The notes: generated by a model not told the origin, from the letters alone. Shown: positions 19,712-31,113, counted from the stretch's first letter. The stretch is 64,000 bases of DNA from Meyerozyma guilliermondii (GCA_051546255.1 CP128819.1:806001-870000); one strand, 5' to 3'. Program-made: numbers and translations.

Positions 19712-22700
19712 TCATTGGCCCATCTTGGCGAGCACATCAAATGATCCGGTTCCCACGTTGGAAAGTTTTCCAACGACAATTTGCGCCGATGGAGACTCCA
19801 AGTCCTCTGTAGTTCCATCCAACACAGCCTTGGTCAAAAATTGACATGTGGTCTCGTAAGACATCTTCATGAAAGCAGACGTAGATGAGTCGATTCCTTG
19901 TCTGTTGAATGCTAGGTATGTTCCCTCTCTGGTCATCATGTCTCCGATCAAATCCAAATGACGAGAAGAAACACTGATGGCATACCGGTCGAAAACATTG
20001 TTAATTTCATTGACAATGGTGTTTCTAGCAGCTTCCACACCATAGGTTTTCAACACAGCAGCGATATCGTTGGAGGTAATTTTGTTGACATCGATAAAGT
20101 CATCGTGCTCCCACATGGCTCCAAAATTGACTCCCTCGGTAGTCAATACTCTAGCTCCACCAGCATCGGGTTGTGGTCTGACACACCGTCCAATTCGAGG
20201 CACTTCTCTCACCACCACCTTGCGACACATGTCCTCGATAATGTTCACCATCAACAATTTCTGGGACTCGCCGTACAATCTCAAGTCAAACTCACACCAT
20301 TCTCCGTTAGTATCGTCGAAATTGTACTTGGTAACCATATTGTGAGACGAGATAACGTCCATTTGACGGTCTCTTGCTGCCTTAGATAAAGGTTCAGATT
20401 GGCTAGCGGAAGGCTTTTTTTCTTCGTCTTCGGAGTCCTCTTCTTCATCAGAACTGGAAGACCGGTCGTCCGAAGACTCGTCCATTTCTTCCTCGGAGGA
20501 TTCCTCTGCCTTTCTCATCGTTTCAATTTCGTCGTCGTCGGGTTCTTCATAAGAAACAGCTTGCTTCGAGTTGCGTTTTTCGCTAGACTCGTCGTCTTCT
20601 CCATCTTCTTCAAGGCTTGGTTTGGCAATCGAAAAGTCGGTGTTCGACTTGGAAACGGCCTTTCCTACTGTTGGAAGACTTTCGGCCTTTCTGTGCTTTT
20701 TAACCTCTTTCGAGATTTGCGATTCTAACGCATCAAGGAACACGGTAGACACCACATGCTCCAAATGTTGTCTCGAAACATCGTACTCTTCTTCGTACTC
20801 CAGGCAATGGTAGAATCTCAACTTGACATTGTACGATCTGGAGTTTTCTTCTCCATCGCTTCCTGTAGTCTCAGTAACGACAACCCGATCCAAGAACTCA
20901 GACAATACCACCCTAGCCACAGACTTACAGAAGGCGTCCGCCTGGGCATCGTTGACATCGTCAAGAATAGGCAAGTTCATTTGCGGAGTTTTAATGGCGG
21001 CTGAAGCTGTCATAATAATTTCTCTCATACGAGGTATACCCAAGGTGACATTAGCAGCACCATGACCGGCGAAATGGAAAGTATTCAATGTCATCTGTGT
21101 TGAAGGTTCACCAACGGACTGCGATGCAATAATTCCCACGGATTCTCCTGGATTTATCAACGACCTCATATACTTCAATTGCATCAATGCTCTAAATTTC
21201 TTCTCACTGATGCCAGAAGATTTCTTGAACAAGTCTGCATTGTCACTAACAAAAGCCTCCAATCTCTCCTGGAACTTTTCAGAAACAGAACCCAAGTACT
21301 TGGCTGGGTTGTACACCGATAATACTGGATCGTACTTGTAGGCTTGTTCATAGTGAGGTAATCCAGCCTGTTTCTTCTGGTTCTTTCTAACCTTCTTGGC
21401 ATAGTGAAGAGCCTCGTCGGTGTTCAAATGGTGGGTCAAGTCTCCAGGATTATACTTTGTTAACAAAGCATCATAGTTCTCCACACAGAATTTGAATTGG
21501 TTCATATGAGATTGCTTTGTGGTATCAATGGAATCTCCTCCGTACAAAAATTGGATCAAGGTTCCGTCACCGTCTCTCACCGAGTTATCGTAGGCAACAT
21601 GTACTCCTTCCAACTGCTTGGTCAAACATCTTTGCAAGTATCCAGATCTAGAGGTCTTTACAGCGGTATCAATTAAACCTTCACGCCCAGCCATACAATG
21701 GAAGTAGTATTCCTGAGGCCGAATTCCAGAGTAGAATCGTCCTTTAATGTACCCACCTGCTCTAGCATCGGTTTCATAAGGCTTGAACGATGGTAAAGTC
21801 TTTCCAGAAACCATAACAGGTACTCTTCTACCTTCCAAAGCCTGCTGTCCTAACAAACACATGATTTGCGAAACATTGACATTGGAACCCTTGGCACCAG
21901 ACAACGCCATAGCTTGCATGGAATTGTAAGGAAACCTTTTCATCGTTCCTTCAGGAATACACTTGGAGACGACCTGCGAAGTAATGGCATTGACCTTCGA
22001 TTGTGTAACAGCATCCAAAATACCAGCATTATTTTCGTCTCTCAAAATTCCTTCTAGTCTCTTGATCAATTCACTATCAGTGCTTGAAGTAGTTGGGTCC
22101 AAATTGGTAACCTCAGCAGCTGCAACACGACCAATATCAACAGATTTTTTCAAGATATCTTTTCTCCATTCATTTCCTTCTGCGGTCAACCTCAAATCGT
22201 CCATACCACAAGTGAAGGCAGTCATCATGATATAGTTGGTGAATAACCGTCCAAGAACAGAAAGTGCCTTTCCTGCAACGTCAGGACCATAGACCTCGTG
22301 CAACGAGTGAACAATACCAAATTGAGAAGCACCATACTGTGACTTGTCTAAAATACCGCATAATAATTCACCATTTCTAAACAAGACTTCATTTTCCTGC
22401 GAGGCCACTCCCCAGTATTCGTTCTTGATTTTGTTCTTTGATGTCAAATTGACTCCAGGAACGTTCTTGGGTTTAATGTTCAACAAAATAGTGGTGATGA
22501 CTTGCTTTCCTGTCCATAAGGGTTCGGGCTTGATGATGGTTGGTGGGACCGTCAAGATTCTGCTGTGGGATGTGTGACCATCTTCGGGACGAATACAGCC
22601 ATAAATTAACTGCTGGTAGATTTCTCTGGTAAAAAATGAGTCCTTGTTTGTCAACCACACACCGGCAGAAATGTGATCTTGAATCAACCCTCTCAAAGGA

Positions 22701-24610
22701 GAACCGGAGGTTGGAGTCAAGTATTGCGAATCGGTATTGGCCAAATTTAAAGCTTCCGACTTGGCATTTTCGTTTTGTGGAAAATGCATGTTCATTTCAT
22801 CTCCATCAAAATCGGCGTTATAGGCACCAGTGTTGGCATAATGTAACCTCAATGTCTTTTCTCCAGGTAATACTCGTACCTTATGACCCATCATGGAAGC
22901 CTTGTGCAATGTGGGTTGACGGTTCATTATTACAACATCTTTGTTCTTGATGTGTCTGAACACCTTTTTGTTAATTACGGACACACCTCCAGATGGAGTC
23001 AATAATTGGTTGGCAATGGCTTTTCTTTGTTCCAAAGTCATACCCACCAAAGAAACCATAGTACCGTCTTCGTTTTGAACTTGGGTTGCACCAGGCCATT
23101 TTTCTGGCCCATTGATAACCGCTTGTCTTAACTGTGAAACATTGTAGGAGGTTACAGGTTCTGGGTATGTCAATTTCTTGGCGAAAACTGGAGGAACTCC
23201 AATCTCATTAGTCTCCAACATTGGATCAGGAGAAATAACCGATCTGGCTGCGTAGTTGACTCTCTTACCCATCATATGCTTTCTGAACAAACCTTCCTTC
23301 TTTTCTAAAGCTTGCTTAATACCAGGATTTGGAACCTTTCCAGCTGGAGCATTTTGGTTCTTCGTCGAGTCAATAAAGGCATTCACATCGTTCTGGATGG
23401 TGACAAATGCGTTCATTAATCTGTTGAAGATGATTTTTCTCTCTTCAACAGAAAGTTTCCCCTTTTGCATCGTCGAGATTTGATCGTTCAAATCACGAAT
23501 CAAAAGTGATGTCTTCAAGACGTTAGAAAGCAACTCATTCTGGGAATTTTCGTGGATTTCGTCTCCCAATTTGGAGGGCAATCTGAATCTGGTTGCTGGT
23601 ACTATCAAAGCGTGCAAAAAGAAGATATCAGCAGTAACCTTTTCGGTTTGAAAGGGTCGAGAATGGAACATTTTTTGTATGATAGCCTGCTCTTTTTCAA
23701 ACACAGCTCGCAAAATATTTCTGATTTCGGTGGACAAAACGTACTTGAATCCATCCTTATGCTTAATATTGGGCATGCTTCCGTTGGAAGTGGCAGAACT
23801 GGCTCCAACCTTGAACATATCTGGACGTACAAGTCCCTTTACCCTGTTGTTGGTGACCTGCTTGTCTCTCAAAGCGTTTTCAAATATCTTGGTGAAACCG
23901 TCTTTTCTGAACGTGGGCGAGTACATTCCACAGTTATCACACTTTGGTCTGCTCAATAACCTTTTGGAAAATTCATGCAAGATGGCCTTACGTTCTTCTC
24001 CCACAGATGCTGTGACTACACCATTATGAGAGCTACGACCCTCGCTGATCGCTTTGGCAATGCAAGTATCGACGAAGGTCTCACGACGGTGGCGAAGTTC
24101 TCGTTTAAGTTTGGGGTCAACCTGCTTGGAGGACGCAACCTCATCATCTTCCTCGTCATCGTCACTTTCAGCTTGCGATTTGCCATTCACAAACATATTG
24201 TCCAATTCCTCGCACTCGAGCAATAAGCCGTACTGGATCAACTTTAATTTGCACTCGTAGCGGTGAACTTCCAAAGAATTGAGTCGAAAGTGATGACAGT
24301 AAAGACACAGCGACCGCAACAAAATATACATCTGGTTGAAGAATAACGGATTATAAACAGGCGTGGGTAACTCTATGTGGCCCTGGTGCCCGGGACAGAA
24401 CTTTTCATCAAGTCCACATGTGGCACACAAGTTACGGAGAAAAGCTCCTAATGCTAAATCGTAGAGACCGCCATTTATAGGGTGACCCAAATTGTCGAAT
24501 ACGGTCGGATTGCTGATTCTCTTTGCAGAAATCCGTCGAATTTCATCCGCAGAGAGCACACCGAAATCCACAGATGTAATTTCGGACCCTACGGGTTTGG
24601 ATATATCCAT
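19712..24610 (-). CDS. RPA190: RNA polymerase I largest subunit
   Basis: MDISKPVGSEI start, CPGHQGHIEL, NADFDGDEMN active site and acidic expander insertion typical of Pol I A190. Confidence 0.99.
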   Translation of the reverse strand: MDISKPVGSEITSVDFGVLSADEIRRISAKRISNPTVFDNLGHPINGGLYDLALGAFLRNLCATCGLDEKFCPGHQGHIELPTPVYNPLFFNQMYILLRSLCLYCHHFRLNSLEVHRYECKLKLIQYGLLLECEELDNMFVNGKSQAESDDDEEDDEVASSKQVDPKLKRELRHRRETFVDTCIAKAISEGRSSHNGVVTASVGEERKAILHEFSKRLLSRPKCDNCGMYSPTFRKDGFTKIFENALRDKQVTNNRVKGLVRPDMFKVGASSATSNGSMPNIKHKDGFKYVLSTEIRNILRAVFEKEQAIIQKMFHSRPFQTEKVTADIFFLHALIVPATRFRLPSKLGDEIHENSQNELLSNVLKTSLLIRDLNDQISTMQKGKLSVEERKIIFNRLMNAFVTIQNDVNAFIDSTKNQNAPAGKVPNPGIKQALEKKEGLFRKHMMGKRVNYAARSVISPDPMLETNEIGVPPVFAKKLTYPEPVTSYNVSQLRQAVINGPEKWPGATQVQNEDGTMVSLVGMTLEQRKAIANQLLTPSGGVSVINKKVFRHIKNKDVVIMNRQPTLHKASMMGHKVRVLPGEKTLRLHYANTGAYNADFDGDEMNMHFPQNENAKSEALNLANTDSQYLTPTSGSPLRGLIQDHISAGVWLTNKDSFFTREIYQQLIYGCIRPEDGHTSHSRILTVPPTIIKPEPLWTGKQVITTILLNIKPKNVPGVNLTSKNKIKNEYWGVASQENEVLFRNGELLCGILDKSQYGASQFGIVHSLHEVYGPDVAGKALSVLGRLFTNYIMMTAFTCGMDDLRLTAEGNEWRKDILKKSVDIGRVAAAEVTNLDPTTSSTDSELIKRLEGILRDENNAGILDAVTQSKVNAITSQVVSKCIPEGTMKRFPYNSMQAMALSGAKGSNVNVSQIMCLLGQQALEGRRVPVMVSGKTLPSFKPYETDARAGGYIKGRFYSGIRPQEYYFHCMAGREGLIDTAVKTSRSGYLQRCLTKQLEGVHVAYDNSVRDGDGTLIQFLYGGDSIDTTKQSHMNQFKFCVENYDALLTKYNPGDLTHHLNTDEALHYAKKVRKNQKKQAGLPHYEQAYKYDPVLSVYNPAKYLGSVSEKFQERLEAFVSDNADLFKKSSGISEKKFRALMQLKYMRSLINPGESVGIIASQSVGEPSTQMTLNTFHFAGHGAANVTLGIPRMREIIMTASAAIKTPQMNLPILDDVNDAQADAFCKSVARVVLSEFLDRVVVTETTGSDGEENSRSYNVKLRFYHCLEYEEEYDVSRQHLEHVVSTVFLDALESQISKEVKKHRKAESLPTVGKAVSKSNTDFSIAKPSLEEDGEDDESSEKRNSKQAVSYEEPDDDEIETMRKAEESSEEEMDESSDDRSSSSDEEEDSEDEEKKPSASQSEPLSKAARDRQMDVISSHNMVTKYNFDDTNGEWCEFDLRLYGESQKLLMVNIIEDMCRKVVVREVPRIGRCVRPQPDAGGARVLTTEGVNFGAMWEHDDFIDVNKITSNDIAAVLKTYGVEAARNTIVNEINNVFDRYAISVSSRHLDLIGDMMTREGTYLAFNRQGIDSSTSAFMKMSYETTCQFLTKAVLDGTTEDLESPSAQIVVGKLSNVGTGSFDVLAKMGQ

Positions 24611-24631
24611 GGTTGAGTATGCGGTGAGTGG

Positions 24632-24649
24632 AAATTTTCATCTCATCTC
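24632..24649 (-). promoter_or_regulatory. RRPE (TGAAAATTT) plus PAC (GAGATGAG) ribosome-biogenesis elements of RPA190
   Basis: Plus strand reads AAATTTTCATCTCATCTC, about 20-40 bp upstream of the ATG. Confidence 0.75.
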
Positions 24650-24787
24650 AAATTTTTTGATGAAGTATTAGGTGAGATTGAACCGATGCTTATGTAAGAA
24701 ACATCAAAGAAGATGGAGACGACAATGGTCTCCTACAGTGTGTCCACGACATGATGTCCATTCATACATATAGTACTGATACATGAT

Positions 24788-27700
24788 TCACTCGGATTTT
24801 CCGAGGTGCAATCCTTTCTTCAAAACCTTCACTCCTCCACCAAATCCTTTACCTACAGTGCCAACTCCCTTTCCGACACCCTTTCCAACTCCTTTACCGA
24901 CTCCCATTCCGACATGGCCCACACCACCAATTGCTCCTTGAATATTGCTGCTGCTGACACTTCTGAGGTTCAAAACGAATTCGGGCTTGAATTTGAATTT
25001 CAAGTAAGCGGTTCCTCCATCTTCCTCGTCAAGTCTCAATTTGACTGGTACTTCTTCATCGCTCTCCAAGTCAACGTCAGACATTTTGATGTAGCCAATG
25101 CCCAATGGGTCGTCCTGCTCGGGACCAATGTCCCAATCGTTACACACCACCTTGATCACCGAATCATACATGTTAACCACTTCGACTTCTCCACTTTCAT
25201 TCCATGTAGGATCGAGAGTTCTCTTGATCTTTTTGGTCTTCATAAAGTGCTCTTTCTCTGTGTTCAAGTGCAACTTGATGTAAGGATCAGATTTACCATT
25301 GCGGTCGGCGGAAATCAAGTTTTCAGCTCTAACGACAGTGCATGTAAGAATTCCAGAATTGTTGATGGAATCTTGTGGTGGGATTCCATGCTCGTAAATG
25401 ACAGGAACCCAAGAGCATCTTATACGGAAAGAAGCATGACCATCTCCCAGAAGTGTAATTTCGGTTGGTTCATCAAAACCATTCTTCAACAATTGCAATG
25501 TGGGAATGTTCAACTCCGCAACACACTTATCAAGTCGAGTATTATCTGCCTTTTTCGCCAATCTGAAACATGCTTTTGACCATTCAAGCTCCTTGATGAT
25601 GGCATCTCCTGTGATTCCAACCTTGGGCTTTTTGCTTTCCAACTTCTGAGTAGCAAAGTCACAATATCCATGGTTATCAAAGAACACTTGCAAGTAAGTA
25701 TCGTCCTTACTTATCTGGCCATCAATAATCTCATAGATGATAACACCACTCTTATACTCAGAGAGCTGATCCAAAGACAACTGCAACTTGGTACTGTGTT
25801 CGCTTTCATCTTCATTTCCAGCATCTTCCTCCTCTTCTTCTTTTCCTTCTTCTTTTTCAGCTTTGGCATGGTGTTTAGGCGATTGATCCAGCTTTTCCTT
25901 CTTCGAATTCTTACCTTCGGCCTTCTCTTGTTCCTTTTGCTTTGCCTGTTTCTCTGCTTGTTCTTTCTCTTCCTCCTGCTCACGAATTTCTTCGTGTGTC
26001 ATTACAGGCAAAGTAGGGAAGAAACCAAGTGAAAAGGTAACAGTTCCCTTGGGTCCCTTCTTTGTGATCAACTTGTTCTCCCTCTTCTCTTCATCCTCGT
26101 GCTCAATGTAGTTGCCTTTTTCATCCTTGTTGATGATCTCTTTCAACTTGATATCAAAGGAGCCTAATGTACGGTCCGCCGAGTGGGCTTCAACGTCCAT
26201 CACTTCGATGGTGAGTTTCTGATTAGAAGAAGAAACTGTAAGATAATGGATCTCATTCCAGGTAGGATTCAAAGTAGAGTCGGCAGCAACTGTACGAGCA
26301 CGTTCGAAACCATTGACAAGAAGTCTCGCATATGGATCGATAGTTCCAATTCTTTCCAAATTCCTTAAATCCTCAGCCCTGTCAATACTGACTCTAACAA
26401 CACCAATAGGAGGAGCATATCCACCGGCTCCGCTAGCACCTTCGAGCTCAACAGGTTTCCAAGAAGTATTGATTCTAACTTCTCCACCTTTGGCTAAAGG
26501 AAACCAGGTCTCTCCCACTTGAGTAGCGTCCACAAGATTGTTCAATGAAGTTTTGACAATGCCTAAGGTCTTGCCTCCCTTCAACTTGACGACAATCTTG
26601 GCCTTCGCCTTAGCTTTGTTGCCTATAATCTTCTCATAGGAGGAGGCCCATCCTGGGTTATTTGTGTTAGCTTGGACTGAACTTTGAAGCAATCTCTCAT
26701 TATTCAAGTAAATCTCAACATAAGTAGATGGTGGTTTCTCACCAGACTTCAAATGTCTTCCTTCTGCAACCTCGATTCTTGCAATACCTGTATTCAAATC
26801 AGGTGGTGGAATAATTGCACCATCAGCTTGTCTCTCCGCTTCAATACTAGGCATGAAGTGTAATCCAAACTGAAGTTCACCCACAGGTTTGTTGTTACGC
26901 ATTACTGCTGTGGTCAAATTTGGTTGCTTGGGATTATCGAGTAAAGTCTCCAAATCGTACTGAACGGAACCGACTGGTTTGTCCTTTCTCACGTCGTTAT
27001 AGTCCACCACAGTAATGTTCAATGGCTCGGTGTACGAATTGATTGTAATGTAGACAGTTTCGTTCCACACAGGTCTGTCTGTATTATCCTTTACAGATGT
27101 TTTCGCAGAAACATCTTTTTGGAAACCAAAGGTCAAATAAGGATCCAAGGTGTTGCCCAAAGTTGTGAACCCCTTCAAACCACGAGCAGATTTGGCAGTA
27201 ATCGCCAAAACACCAATGGCTGAGTTGAGTGCATGGCCTGCGACCAATTGTTGAACGTTCAATTGATACGACAATGGGGAAAATAAAAGAGAACCCACGT
27301 ATTTCTTCACCATCTCATTGATGAACGGATAGAGTCCAGGGAGTCCCAAAACTTCCCAGTTCAAGATTGAGTCGCCGAGGATTCTGGAATTGAAGTCAAA
27401 ATGAGGAGGCTCCAATAAAGAAACATTGACAGTTTCAACATGGGGAAAAGAAGACATCATTCTGAGTCTGATTCTTGCAATAGCACTGAAGCAAACATCA
27501 GATACAGCCACCATGACTGGGAAACCAAAAACCAGGGCCTTAACAATGACTTTTTGGTTGACTCTGTTCTTCAATTGCTTATTATTGGAATCTGCCAACG
27601 CATTAGGAGTAAAGGAAAACCGCCAGTCCATAACCACAATATCGTCGTTGGTTCCGAGCACAGTCTTGACTTTGTCTACTCTGAAAGGTTTGGTACCTGC

Positions 27701-28473
27701 TGTGAAGCTATCAAGCCACAATTGCTTGATGAACGCTGGGGCAGGAGACGAAGCCAAAATAGGGTTGACTTGCTCGCAAACAATTTGGGAAATTGAGGGC
27801 TCAAGGTAGTACCAGAATTTTTCAAGGAACACATTGAACCAGTCCATGGTTTCGTAATCATCTTCAATGGTCTTGATAGAGAACTCTCTCTGGGCTTGCT
27901 CACGAAGAACAGTTCTGTACTTACGGACTGAGGAACGATACAACAACGCAGTTACCACGATTACCACGAACAACGGGCCAGCCGAGAGCCTAAACCAACC
28001 AATAATGAACGACAACAAGCCGCCAACAAACAAAAACCCCACATTATGGTACCAATCTCCATAGGCGGAAGCAGGGAGATATGTGTCCAAAAACGACGCT
28101 TTCGAAAGCAAATCCACCACATCGTCATCTAATGTAAGTGCATCCTCATCTTCGTAGCCTCCGACCTCTCTCCAGCCTCGATAAGTGGGTTCGACAGGCA
28201 ACCGTGGAGGAGGTTTTTCTGGAAATTCTGAAAGATCCAAATCTTCACTTGGCGTCAACTCAGCAGGTTCGCTCTTCTTTTTCCGCGCCATCGACAACGC
28301 GGCCGATTGCAGTGTCGTCAGTTTACTCAATGGCCCACCGTTTATAGGGGGTTCCCGTTGATCGACCTCAACCTGGTCGGGAGGATCAATCATTTCATTT
28401 GGCTGAGTTAGTATAGGTGGTCATAGCATTGTGTGTACGCAATTGGTGTGTATCTACTTACATCAGCGGACAT
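24788..28473 (-). CDS. TCB1: Tricalbin (TM hairpin, SMP, multiple C2 domains); join(28473..28462, 28402..24788)
   Basis: YGDWYHN TM hairpin, ETMDWFNVFLEKFW SMP start and C2 motifs (DPYLTF, DPYARL, ADRNGKSDPY). Exon 1 ATG TCC GCT GAT splices in frame to CCA AAT GAA ATG. Size fits Tcb1/2 rather than Tcb3. Confidence 0.92.
28403..28461 (-). other. Spliceosomal intron (59 nt, phase 0) in tricalbin
   Basis: GTAAGT at 28461-28456, TACTAAC at 28413-28407 and CAG at 28405-28403. Splicing gives the in-frame N-terminus MSAD-PNEMIDPP. Confidence 0.88.
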
Positions 28474-28714
28474 TTTGCTGTATTGACAACGAAATTGATA
28501 ACACTGTGGTCAATCAATGTTGCTGTTCCACAGATATTTCAGGTACGGTCGTGCGCGTCGACGGCCTGCAGACAAGCGCTGAAGCCAATGGCTTGGTGCG
28601 GCAACCGGTTGCGGTTGCGGCTGGCGCGGCGCAGCTGCAAGTGAAGAGGAAAGAGATGGTCCACGATAGATCTAGCGAATGCAAAATAGCGAATGTAAAA
28701 TAATTTATATATTA

Positions 28715-30259
28715 CTATCTGGTTTTGACAAAAGACAAGCACAGTTTGGGCGTCATCACTACAGACTCGTAGACCAAAAGCACCGTGAGTAGCGCCGTGA
28801 CAATGCCCATGAGAGCAGTGGTGTTGAGTTCGGCTAAGCTGACACAAACGATGATTATTCCTATGGGAACCCGGACAAAAATGCGCCAGAACCGCGAAAC
28901 GAGATGTAAATCTGGTGGGTCTCTTCCTTGGTCATAAAGACCAATCAAAAACATACATATGAGAGAAACGCAGATTCCGCCGGTAAAGTAAAATGAAAGT
29001 CCATACATGTTGGGTGCCTCTTCTTCTGACCGACGAATGAATCTTTCATGGACACCAGCTGCTGGCTCAGTTTCAGGCTCGAGGTGTTTTTTGGTGGAGG
29101 TAATGTCTAGAGAGCAAAGGTCTCCGCCAGCATCGGCCGCCAACACCAACAGAGCCACCAACGGGAGATGGGTGTACATCCACGCAATGGCGGTCCACCC
29201 ACTGTAGCGCAACGCATGGGTTGCCTTTTTACAGCTGGAACCGTATTGGTAGATCCAGAACAAATCGTAGGCGATAATTAGCAAGAAAACTCCGCGAGCA
29301 AACTTGTCGGTGAGACCAGTGCCCAAAGGACCTTCTGCCACCACCTTGTACAAAAACTCACCAATGGCAATGGTAACAAACACACCGTATCTTTCCACCT
29401 CATGCTCAATATTCAACGCGGTGGACTCGGTCAATTTCATGTATTTCTTGGTAATCGGATGGTATGCGATTACTTGACTCGCCATCTCAAGAAACAAAAT
29501 TGCAAACGATAACCCGATTTTGGCTCTGGTTGATATAAAGATCACAGGGATCCATAAGCAACAAGTTACCAAGATCATTCCGGAGTAAAGTCGCATTTGA
29601 GGGCGATGTTGGGGGATAAAGAACGAGTATATCACCAAACTGATGGCCAACGAAATTCGGCATAAAATATAGGGAACTACCGTAAGAGCTGCACCTTTGA
29701 CATCTTCGAGCACTCGGTAGTGGTTATTGGAAAATAGCGTCAAAAGAACTAATATCCACAAGATATATATCTTTTGTGACAAGTCCTCGTTATAGTAATA
29801 GTTGGTGAAATCTTTGATATCGGCCCAAACCATCCATGCGGGAATAAAAAGTAACACATACTCAAGGAACGCTGCTCCTGTTGCTTCTTCGGCGGCGCTT
29901 CCCGCGAGATTTGCTATGATTCCCACATACATCAAATCGAGAAACAATTCGGTTTTAGACGAAGTTCTCTCTCCCTTGGTTCGGTACAATACTCCGTCTT
30001 TAAAGTAGTTCAATGCATGGGGTCGAATAAACCACACCGCATCTTTGGGTCTCTTGATGTACTGGAAATTGATATCTCCATATTTCCTCACAAACTCTTC
30101 TTCATCCAGTGAATCTGTAATCATAATCTCACCGTCTACTTCCATTTCCTCATCTACAATTCCACTCGTCCCCACGTTATTTTCCTGTGACCCGTTTTGA
30201 TTGTCGCTGCTAAAGCTGGGTCTAGAGTAGTCGTGGGACGTATCCCCAGCTTTGTTCAT
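28715..30259 (-). CDS. Low temperature requirement protein A (LtrA)-family multi-pass membrane protein
   Basis: ELFLDLMYV and EHEVERYGVFVTIAIGE motifs, WMYTHLPL, and about 10-12 hydrophobic segments. Confidence 0.88.
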   Translation of the reverse strand: MNKAGDTSHDYSRPSFSSDNQNGSQENNVGTSGIVDEEMEVDGEIMITDSLDEEEFVRKYGDINFQYIKRPKDAVWFIRPHALNYFKDGVLYRTKGERTSSKTELFLDLMYVGIIANLAGSAAEEATGAAFLEYVLLFIPAWMVWADIKDFTNYYYNEDLSQKIYILWILVLLTLFSNNHYRVLEDVKGAALTVVPYILCRISLAISLVIYSFFIPQHRPQMRLYSGMILVTCCLWIPVIFISTRAKIGLSFAILFLEMASQVIAYHPITKKYMKLTESTALNIEHEVERYGVFVTIAIGEFLYKVVAEGPLGTGLTDKFARGVFLLIIAYDLFWIYQYGSSCKKATHALRYSGWTAIAWMYTHLPLVALLVLAADAGGDLCSLDITSTKKHLEPETEPAAGVHERFIRRSEEEAPNMYGLSFYFTGGICVSLICMFLIGLYDQGRDPPDLHLVSRFWRIFVRVPIGIIIVCVSLAELNTTALMGIVTALLTVLLVYESVVMTPKLCLSFVKTR

Positions 30260-30905
30260 TGTGTTTGAATTTACGGAAAGAAAAGGTAGGAGAATAAATA
30301 GGAAATTGCAGCGGAGTTTCGCACGGCTGGATGAAATTGGCAGCTCCGATAAAACCGAGGACCAAAAAGACTAAAGAAAATGAAGAAAAAAAACTTGATA
30401 AGGTCTCAGTCGGATAATTCGGAGACAGTATATATTTTTTGCAAACATACAATTGGGCATTGACCCTTTTATTGCCTGAACTCTGTTTAACGAAGGTTCG
30501 GTTTGCAGTGTGTCGGACTGCAGATAGACGGAAGAGAAGCCGATGCCATATGTCAAATAGCCAAAATAACCGAAAACGGTAAAGATTACGAAAATTAGCA
30601 AGGGAAGCTATTTCGGACTTTTGTCAACATTTTGACTCATTAAGCTTTTAAAGCTTCTTAGCTTTCTTAATTTTTCATCTTATATCACCATACATTCTTT
30701 GAGCCTATTTTCGATTTGCATATTTGCAAATTACTGCAAAAAATCAAAATTCCACCAAATCACAGAAAAACTTCACAATATCAATTACCCCAAACCTCTA
30801 CTTCTATAACTCTTAAACCTAGCCTCTCTCTTCCTCCCGCACCACATTCATAGCCTTTTCTCTCTCCTCTGCTTTCCACCTTAGCGTCCTGCACAAACCC
30901 GCACT

Positions 30906-30915
30906 CCGCCAATAA
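30906..30915 (+). promoter_or_regulatory. CCAAT box (CCGCCAATAA) upstream of the complex I B12 gene
   Basis: Same CCGCCAAT core as at COX13 and COX4, about 30 bp before ATG 30943. Confidence 0.5.
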
Positions 30916-30942
30916 AATTCAATCGAAACCACCTTGACCACA

Positions 30943-31113
30943 ATGCACAATCCTTGGGCCAAGAGAGACGCCTGGAGATACGAGGGTCAGTTCAGCAGAC
31001 TCAATAGATTCAGAAACGCATTTCCAGGATTTGGAATTGCCGTGGTCGCTTTTACGGTATATGTTGGATACGAAAAATTGGTATTGAAAGACCAACATGA
31101 AGAACATCATTAA
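30943..31113 (+). CDS. NADH:ubiquinone oxidoreductase B12 subunit (NDUFB3/NB2M), 56 aa; absent from the ORF track
   Basis: Manual translation MHNPWAKRDAWRYEGQFSRLNRFRNAFPGFGIAVVAFTVYVGYEKLVLKDQHEEHH matches the PWxxxxAWRY...FPGFG + TM + His-tail pattern of NDUFB3. Confidence 0.93.
   Translation: MHNPWAKRDAWRYEGQFSRLNRFRNAFPGFGIAVVAFTVYVGYEKLVLKDQHEEHH

Noticed and set aside
24657..24779. TGATGA ... CTGA pair between RPA190 and tricalbin as a possible C/D snoRNA
   Set aside because: Box C lacks the leading purine, and there is no terminal stem or recognisable rRNA-complementary guide.
28431..28703. 90-aa Cys-rich ORF upstream of tricalbin
   Set aside because: TTG start, overlaps tricalbin exon 1, intron and promoter, and has no family features.
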